A stretch of 64,000 nucleotides of DNA from Ignavibacteriota bacterium (GTDB lineage: Bacteria; Bacteroidota; Ignavibacteria; Palsa-1295), in the NCBI GenBank assembly GCA_963787835.1, contig CAWBEI010000002.1, forward strand, positions 864,001 to 928,000, in the 5' to 3' direction. A model generated the notes under the pieces. The model searched no databases, was not told the DNA's origin, and saw only the letters and a program-made list of their open reading frames with translations. This document shows, piece by piece, positions 58,018 to 64,000 of this stretch. The translations under genes and the position numbers were made by a program. The first letter of the stretch is position 1, and the number at the start of each line of letters is the position of its first letter.

Positions 58018-59292
58018 GTGAGCATGTCTAATTCATCGTCGCCGATGGTTTTATTTCCGAAAAAAGTCATTGCCGCGTGGGGCAGTTTCGATTTTGCGAT
58101 GAGCGCGTTTACGGGCATCATGGTCACGTTCGTGTTCCCGATCTACTTTCGGAGCGTGATCGTCACCAATGGCCACGGGGATTCCATTTGGGGCTTCACG
58201 CTTTCGGCCTCGATGCTGCTGGTGGCTATTTCGTCGCCGCTCTTAGGCGCGATGGCGGATGTGCTGCGCAATAAGAAGGCGTTCTTGGGAATTTTTACAT
58301 CGGTCACGATCGCCTGCACCGTGCTGCTGTATTTTATGGGGCCGGGGATGGTAATGATCGCCGCTGCCCTGTTCATCATTGCGAACGTCGGCTACGAAGG
58401 CGGCACCGTTTTTTACGATGCATTCCTTCCCGAGATCACGACGCCGCAAACGTTCGGGCGTATCTCGGGCATTGGCTATGCCTGCGGCTATGCCGGCTCG
58501 CTGACGATCCTGATCGTCAACCTGCCCTTTTTCGATACGGCGCCGAAATTTACGTTCCTCGTCGCGGCGGCGTTCTATGCTATCTTTGCGCTGCCCCTGT
58601 TCTTTATCGTTCCCGAGCAGCGCCGGAACGGGCATCTGTCGTTTCCGGTGATCGTTCGGCGGGGGTTCGGCCAGCTTACAACAACGGTGCGGCATATTCG
58701 GCAGTATAAGGATGTCACCCGGTTCCTGATGGCGTTCTTTATTTACAACGACGCGCTGCTTACCGTGATCCTGTTTGCGGGAATCTTTGCGAACCAAACG
58801 CTGCATTTTAAGATGATGCAGCTTGCGCTGTGGTTCGGCATGATCCAGATCATCGCGCTCGCCGGCTCGGTTCTCTTTGGGCGATTTGCGGATAAGCACG
58901 GGCCGAAGCTGACGATCACGATCACGCTCATTATCTGGATCGCGGTGGTGACCGGAGCGTATTTCACGACCACGGCAGCGGAGTTCTATGTGGTCGGCGC
59001 GGTAGCAGGAATTTGTTTGGGTTCGAGCCAGGCAAGTTCCCGAGCATTCATGGCACTGCTCACGCCGCCGGAACACGCTGCCGAATTCTTCGGATTTTAC
59101 GATGGGTTTTGCGGCAAGGCAAGTGCGGTTATTGGGCCGATCGTATTCGGGGTGCTATCGGATCTATTTGGCAGTCAACGCCCGGCGATATGGGCGCTGG
59201 CATTGTTCTTTATTATCGGGTTACTCTTGCTTCGCAGAGTGAATGAGAAGCGGGCTGTCCAGGATGAGGTGCTATTGGAGACCACTTCGTAG
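58018..59292 (+). CDS. MFS transporter (UMF1/ATG22-like family)
   Basis: AWGSFDFAMS, SPLLGAMAD, VFYDAFLPEI, GRISGIGY, QASSRA, AEFFGFY; about 12 TM. Confidence 0.9.
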   Translation: MSMSNSSSPMVLFPKKVIAAWGSFDFAMSAFTGIMVTFVFPIYFRSVIVTNGHGDSIWGFTLSASMLLVAISSPLLGAMADVLRNKKAFLGIFTSVTIACTVLLYFMGPGMVMIAAALFIIANVGYEGGTVFYDAFLPEITTPQTFGRISGIGYACGYAGSLTILIVNLPFFDTAPKFTFLVAAAFYAIFALPLFFIVPEQRRNGHLSFPVIVRRGFGQLTTTVRHIRQYKDVTRFLMAFFIYNDALLTVILFAGIFANQTLHFKMMQLALWFGMIQIIALAGSVLFGRFADKHGPKLTITITLIIWIAVVTGAYFTTTAAEFYVVGAVAGICLGSSQASSRAFMALLTPPEHAAEFFGFYDGFCGKASAVIGPIVFGVLSDLFGSQRPAIWALALFFIIGLLLLRRVNEKRAVQDEVLLETTS

Positions 59293-59340
59293 GGACGTGC
59301 GCATATCGATTTGGGAAGGACGTGCGCAGCACGTCCCTAC
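59289..59340. repeat. GTAG-type REP doublet, family E, whose ends are the stop codons of both flanking genes
   Basis: GTAGGGACGTGC...GCACGTCCCTAC. Confidence 0.9.
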
Positions 59341-60587
59341 ATGTTGAGACGATGTCTCAGTATTTCTAATGCCGCAGCCGCAGCACGTTCGCGGTTTAGC
59401 TTTCGGCCGAAATCGCCCTGAAGTTTTTTGGCGGTCGGCTTTGAGCCTTTTTCCGCAAAAGCAATCCAGATAGTTCCTACGGGTTTTTCTTCTGTTCCGC
59501 CATCGGGCCCAGCAGTACCGGTGACGCCCAGGGCATAATCCGTTCCCAATCGTTCGCAAGCGCCTTCGGCCATTTCGCGGGCGGTTTCTTCGCTGACGGC
59601 GCCGAACTCGTCCAGCGTTTTCTGTTTCACTCCCAACTGGCTCACTTTCACATCATTATCATACGCCACGATGGAACCGCGAAAGACCATGCTAGCGCCG
59701 GGCACGTCTGTTATCATGGTGGCGATCAGACCGCCGGTACAGCTCTCGGCGGTTGAGATGGTTTTGTGCTGCTGTGTCAGCAATTTCACGATACTCGACT
59801 CGAGCGCTTCTTCATCCGCACCATAGATATACTTCCCAGCTCGTTCGCGAAGAATGTTCTCGACACGGGCGACCTCACGCTCTACTTTTTTTCGGTCTTT
59901 TCCATGGCTCGATATGCGCAAGCGAACTCCTCGCGGCCTCGGTAAAAATGCGAGCGTTGTATGCTCGCCGAGAAATGCTTGAGGATCTCCGATCTTTTCC
60001 GCAAGCATGGATTCGCCGATGCCGGTCGTCAGCAACGTTCGGTGCAGGATTACTTCGAGATGCTTTTTATAGGTTTGCCGCAAAAATGGAAGCAGGTGGC
60101 TTTCAACAATTCCCTCCATTTCCTGCGGTACGCCGGGAAGGATGACGAAGGTTTTGTTATTTTCGAATTGGAGCAAACCTGGTGCAGTGCCACGGTTGTT
60201 CGGGAATGCTTTAAAACCTACTGGAACCATTGCCTGCCCCAAATTCGCTTCCGGCATATTGGCATATCCAAGCCGCGCGAAGCGATCGCGAACGGCTTTC
60301 AGCGTTGGTTTATGCAGCGCCATCTTTGCGCGAAAGAATTTTGCAACGGCCGCTTTGGAAATGTCATCATGCGTGGGTCCAAGTCCACCGGTTACGATCA
60401 CAACATCGGATTCCTTCCATGCCCGCCGAAATGCGGCAAGGATAGATTTCAGGTCATCGCCGACCGTGGTTTCGCGCACAGCGGGAATGCCAAGCTCGGA
60501 AAGTTCACGTCCAAGGTAAGCGGCATTCGTATTGGTGACCTGCCCAATAAGTAATTCGTCGCCAATGGTAATGATCTCTGCGCGCAT
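59337..60587 (-). CDS. cinA: Competence/damage-inducible protein CinA (MoCF-like plus PncC NMN deamidase)
   Basis: IGDELLIG, TGGLGPTHDD, LPGVPQEM, TAESCTGG, GVTGTAGP. Confidence 0.95.
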   Translation of the reverse strand: MRAEIITIGDELLIGQVTNTNAAYLGRELSELGIPAVRETTVGDDLKSILAAFRRAWKESDVVIVTGGLGPTHDDISKAAVAKFFRAKMALHKPTLKAVRDRFARLGYANMPEANLGQAMVPVGFKAFPNNRGTAPGLLQFENNKTFVILPGVPQEMEGIVESHLLPFLRQTYKKHLEVILHRTLLTTGIGESMLAEKIGDPQAFLGEHTTLAFLPRPRGVRLRISSHGKDRKKVEREVARVENILRERAGKYIYGADEEALESSIVKLLTQQHKTISTAESCTGGLIATMITDVPGASMVFRGSIVAYDNDVKVSQLGVKQKTLDEFGAVSEETAREMAEGACERLGTDYALGVTGTAGPDGGTEEKPVGTIWIAFAEKGSKPTAKKLQGDFGRKLNRERAAAAALEILRHRLNM

Positions 60588-61147
60588 TAATGCAAGAACG
60601 AGAATAGGTACATCACAAGATGCGCTGAAAAATTTGCATACAGACCGGCAACGACGTCATCCAGCATGATGCCCGTTCCGCCGTGCATCTTTTCGAAATA
60701 TCGGGCTGGAGGGGTCTTTATAATATCAAAAAAACGGAAAAAGAGAAAGGCGAGAATTACAAAAGTAAGATTCCCGGCATACATAAGCGTACTGAGAGCT
60801 ACCCATTGCCCGAGCACTTCATCGATAACAACGATGCCGGGATCTTGCAATTTCAGGGCACGCTCGACCACACCGCCTGACCAAATTCCCGCGACCAACA
60901 CCACAAGGCAGGCGATCGAAAGTACATCGATGTTCTGAAGTGCAGGGATAAAATAATATAGTAGCGCGGCAGCAAAGCTACCAACAGTTCCAGAGCTAAC
61001 AGGTGAAAGACCGGTGTAAAAGAACGTGCCAACAAGAAGCGCGAGTGGAGGAACTGTGTTTAATTCTTGCGGATGCTTCGCCCAAAGCCGCGAGCGCGCT
61101 TTTGTGTACCAATGGAATCGGGACTCTTCCGGCGTGAACTCGCTCAT
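60587..61147 (-). CDS. pgpA: Phosphatidylglycerophosphatase A
   Basis: SGTVGS, DPGIVVIDEVLGQ, FRFFDIIK, GIMLDDVVAG. Confidence 0.93.
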   Translation of the reverse strand: MSEFTPEESRFHWYTKARSRLWAKHPQELNTVPPLALLVGTFFYTGLSPVSSGTVGSFAAALLYYFIPALQNIDVLSIACLVVLVAGIWSGGVVERALKLQDPGIVVIDEVLGQWVALSTLMYAGNLTFVILAFLFFRFFDIIKTPPARYFEKMHGGTGIMLDDVVAGLYANFSAHLVMYLFSFLH

Positions 61148-61154
61148 ATTTTAA

Positions 61155-61775
61155 TCACACGGTTTCCTGACCCGCTCGACCAAATAAATATCGCGCGCGC
61201 ATCCTGCGAAGCACTGGCCAATTATCGTAACCATACGAGACCGCTGAAGCGAACGTAAGCAGGGTGATAATACCCATCAGCCAGAACGAAACATCGGATA
61301 CGAAATACGCATGGGCCATCTTGGCGAGGCCAATTCCAAAATGACCACCCTGCGCAAACAGCTCGACAAGCAAAAGAATGATAAAGCCCATTTGTGCAAA
61401 GGTCTTTACCTTCCCGAAATAACTCGTCTTTACATGAAGGCCGATGTTGTCCGCAAATCTTCGCAGCAATGTTAAAAAAATATCCCGGAACACCACGATG
61501 ATAACCATCCACCAGGGAATGATGGACATCCATGCGAAGGCCACGAATGCCGAACCAGTCAGTAACTTATCGGCAAGCGGATCGAGGAAGGCGCCAAGAT
61601 CGGAGACAAGCCCCATCTTCCTCGCCATGTGGCCATCCCACCAATCGCTAATGGCCGCAACAGCAAAAACGAACCCTGCCCAGCCAATTTCGGGCGGATG
61701 CACAATGGCGATCAGCACGAAAAAGACCGGCACAAGCACGATCCGAAGCACCGTAAGCTGTGTGGGCAGTTTCAT
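61155..61775 (-). CDS. pgsA: CDP-diacylglycerol--glycerol-3-phosphate 3-phosphatidyltransferase
   Basis: LPTQLTVLRI, DWWDGHMAR...GAFLDPLADK, GKVKT; ATG 61775 preferred. Confidence 0.92.
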   Translation of the reverse strand: MKLPTQLTVLRIVLVPVFFVLIAIVHPPEIGWAGFVFAVAAISDWWDGHMARKMGLVSDLGAFLDPLADKLLTGSAFVAFAWMSIIPWWMVIIVVFRDIFLTLLRRFADNIGLHVKTSYFGKVKTFAQMGFIILLLVELFAQGGHFGIGLAKMAHAYFVSDVSFWLMGIITLLTFASAVSYGYDNWPVLRRMRARYLFGRAGQETV

Positions 61776-61814
61776 TTTAGACCCAAACAAGGGTTTAGGA
61801 GAGAGGGTTTTGCT

Positions 61815-63116
61815 CTAAATTCTGGCTGTTTTTCTCAATCGTGCAACGAAGAATCCATCACATCCCTGCAGATCCGGCCGTGTTCGAAGGGTTTCTTCGA
61901 GTGTAAACTCGGGACGGACACGTGTGAACCACTTTAGTTGGTCTTCACCTTCTTCTTTCAGCAGGGAGCACGTCGCATAAAGCAGTGTACCGCCAGGTTT
62001 AACGAACCGGGCGTTCTCTTCCAGAATGACCTGCTGTTTTGCCAGCAATTCGCTCAGCATCTGCTCCGTTAACACCCACTTAATTCCCGGATTTCTGCGA
62101 AGTGTACCCGTGCCAGTGCACGGTACATCGAGCAGAACGAGATCGAACCATTCGGTCTTATCTTCGCCGAGCATTTTCTCTCTCTGCGTTGGGAGTACAA
62201 TTCTGATATTCTGTGCGCCACTTCGACGCGAGCGAATTTTTAGTTCTTCGAGCTTGCGAGCTTCCGCATCGGTTGCGTAGATCTCGCCATGATTTTTCAT
62301 CAGTGCGGCAAGATGAAGCGTTTTGCCACCGGCTCCGGCACAGGCGTCGAGTGCCTTTATTGCGGTCTTTCGAATCTGCGCGAATGGCACCACAAGCTGA
62401 CTGGCTTCGTCCTGCACTTCGAACAATCCGTGCCGGAACGATTCAAGACTGAGCGCACTGATGCGCCTGCCGATCGTAAGTGCATCTGGTGCAAGCGTGG
62501 AAAATGTTCCTTCGAATCCTTCATTTCGAAGTTCTTCCTGCAAAACTTCGCGCGTCGTAAGAAGAGTATTAGCACGGAGCGAGATCGGAGCTTCCTCGTT
62601 GAGAGAGGCAAGAATCGGTTCCAATGAATCCATACCGTATTCGGCACCGATGCGCAACGCGCACCAACTTGGGAATGAATACAGAACGGCCAGCCGCTCG
62701 ACGAACGAGAGTTTTTCGAGGCGGGCACGCTCCAACTCCGCGTCAGCAAGTCGCTCGATGGCGGGTAGTTCAAACGAAATATCGATGTCTGCAAACGTAG
62801 CTTGCACTTCGACTAAGCCAGTGCCACGCATAAGCATAAGCGCAGCGACCATTTGAGCCTCCGGTATTGGGCTGTCAGAGGCCTGATCGTCTGGAATTTC
62901 TTCACCCAGAAATGCGTCCGCAACGCGCGCTTCTAAGCGGCGATAATTTTTTATCGCGGCATAATAATATTCCGCGATGCTTCGGCGGTCCTTTGCACCG
63001 AGATATTTTCGCTCCACAAAAAACCGGCGTAGGATGGCATCCGCAGGAATGGCAGGATTCACACGAAAGATCGATAACACTTCCGTTACATGACCGGCAA
63101 TACTGGAAAGGCGCAT
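61815..63116 (-). CDS. RsmB/NOP family RNA m5C methyltransferase
   Basis: VQDEASQL, DACAGAGGK, DVPCTGTG, YATCS, DGFF. Confidence 0.9.
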   Translation of the reverse strand: MRLSSIAGHVTEVLSIFRVNPAIPADAILRRFFVERKYLGAKDRRSIAEYYYAAIKNYRRLEARVADAFLGEEIPDDQASDSPIPEAQMVAALMLMRGTGLVEVQATFADIDISFELPAIERLADAELERARLEKLSFVERLAVLYSFPSWCALRIGAEYGMDSLEPILASLNEEAPISLRANTLLTTREVLQEELRNEGFEGTFSTLAPDALTIGRRISALSLESFRHGLFEVQDEASQLVVPFAQIRKTAIKALDACAGAGGKTLHLAALMKNHGEIYATDAEARKLEELKIRSRRSGAQNIRIVLPTQREKMLGEDKTEWFDLVLLDVPCTGTGTLRRNPGIKWVLTEQMLSELLAKQQVILEENARFVKPGGTLLYATCSLLKEEGEDQLKWFTRVRPEFTLEETLRTRPDLQGCDGFFVARLRKTARI

Positions 63117-64000
63117 TAATGTATCTCCGGTCGATGAACGAGTGGTAAACGTGGATGAGCGGCCAGCGAAAGATCGTTAACGTTCCCACGCGTGAGTTTG
63201 AGGGCCCCAAGCATAGCGATCATAGCTGCGTTATCCGTTGAAAAAAGTGGACGCGGCACGAAAAAGCGCATTCCGCGATGGATACACTCCGTTTTAAATC
63301 GCTCGCGTAGTTCCGAATTGGCGCTAACACCGCCAACGCAGACAATGTCCGTGATACCGTTCGCTTCGGCAGCTCGGAGGGTTTTTGTTACGAGAATATC
63401 GACCATTGCTCGCTGAAAGGAAGCGGCAATGTCACGCACATCATAACCACCCCCTACCCCCTCCTTCTTAAGGTGGGGGTTGTTGTTCTCCCCCTCCTTA
63501 AGAAGGAGGGGGTTGGGGGGTGGTTGTTTTTTTAACCAATATAGCACTGACGTTTTAATACCACTAAAGCTAAAATCGTAATTATCTTCATTCATCAATG
63601 CGCGTGGGAATTTAACGAAGGTTGGATTGCCCTCGCGTGCAAGCTTATCTATTTCTGGGCCGGCAGGATAATCTAGGCCCAGCATTTTGCCGACTTTATC
63701 GAAGGCCTCGCCGGCTGCATCGTCTAACGTCTCTCCGAGAAATTGATAACTGCCGACATCGTTCACAAGTATGAGAAGCGTGTGGCCACCCGATACGACC
63801 AATGTGACAAATGGTACTTCCGGTTTATCCTTTTCTAATAATGCACTGAAAATATGTGCTTCAATATGATGAATACCGATGAGTGGAATATTAAGTCCCA
63901 TCGACAACCCCTTTGCAAAATTCAGTCCGACGAGTAAGGAACCCATCAATCCTGGCGCATGGGTGACAGCCACTGCGTCCAATCCCTCCAGTGTGATGTT
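63116..64000 (-). CDS. tsaD: tRNA N6-threonylcarbamoyltransferase TsaD (5' part outside the window) with in-frame palindrome insertion
   Basis: HHIEAH, VSGGHT, DDAAGEAFDK, FSFSGIKT, GGVSAN, TDNAAMI; frame open to 64000. Confidence 0.95.
   Translation of the reverse strand, partial: NITLEGLDAVAVTHAPGLMGSLLVGLNFAKGLSMGLNIPLIGIHHIEAHIFSALLEKDKPEVPFVTLVVSGGHTLLILVNDVGSYQFLGETLDDAAGEAFDKVGKMLGLDYPAGPEIDKLAREGNPTFVKFPRALMNEDNYDFSFSGIKTSVLYWLKKQPPPNPLLLKEGENNNPHLKKEGVGGGYDVRDIAASFQRAMVDILVTKTLRAAEANGITDIVCVGGVSANSELRERFKTECIHRGMRFFVPRPLFSTDNAAMIAMLGALKLTRGNVNDLSLAAHPRLPLVHRPEIH
63446..63524. repeat. Inverted doublet of the coding palindromic element (CCCCCTCCT family) inside tsaD
   Basis: ACCACCCCCTACCCCCTCCTTCTTAAGGTGGGGG-8nt-CTCCCCCTCCTTAAGAAGGAGGGGGTTGGGGGGTGGT. 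Confidence 0.93.

Noticed and set aside
57783-58127. 114-aa minus-strand ORF; also 56606..56887 and 12401..12586
   Set aside because: No recognisable motifs; they overlap the MFS start, repeats or promoter regions

Overview
Bacterial chromosomal window from the FCB group. Many C-terminal T9SS sorting domains plus sigma70-like TTGACN-17-TATATT promoters suggest a Kapabacteria/Ignavibacteria-like lineage (inference). Housekeeping content: tRNA-Arg(CCG), rlpA, a DEAD-box helicase, prfA, ubiE/menG, uppS, glmM, floA, suhB, plsY, an HtrA protease, nusB, cinA-pgpA-pgsA, an RsmB-like methyltransferase and tsaD. Accessory content: an operon of large T9SS-secreted proteins with cohesin- and dockerin-like modules, two tandem TIR-TolB_N-TPR proteins, a degenerate LarA homologue, three type II TA modules and several other T9SS cargo proteins. 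The most striking signal is about ten families of short palindromic (REP/REPIN/MITE-like) elements. One family (CCCCCTCCT-loop-AGGAGGGGG..GGGGGTGGT) occurs 7 times, always in frame inside conserved genes (ubiE, suhB, nusB x3, tsaD x2), and is read in different frames, like Rickettsia palindromic elements. A second, cruciform family is translated inside a lipoprotein signal peptide, and others supply stop codons. Three single-base frameshifts (DUF2961 gene, parE, ubiE) may be assembly errors. All calls come from reading the sequence by eye; no searches were run.
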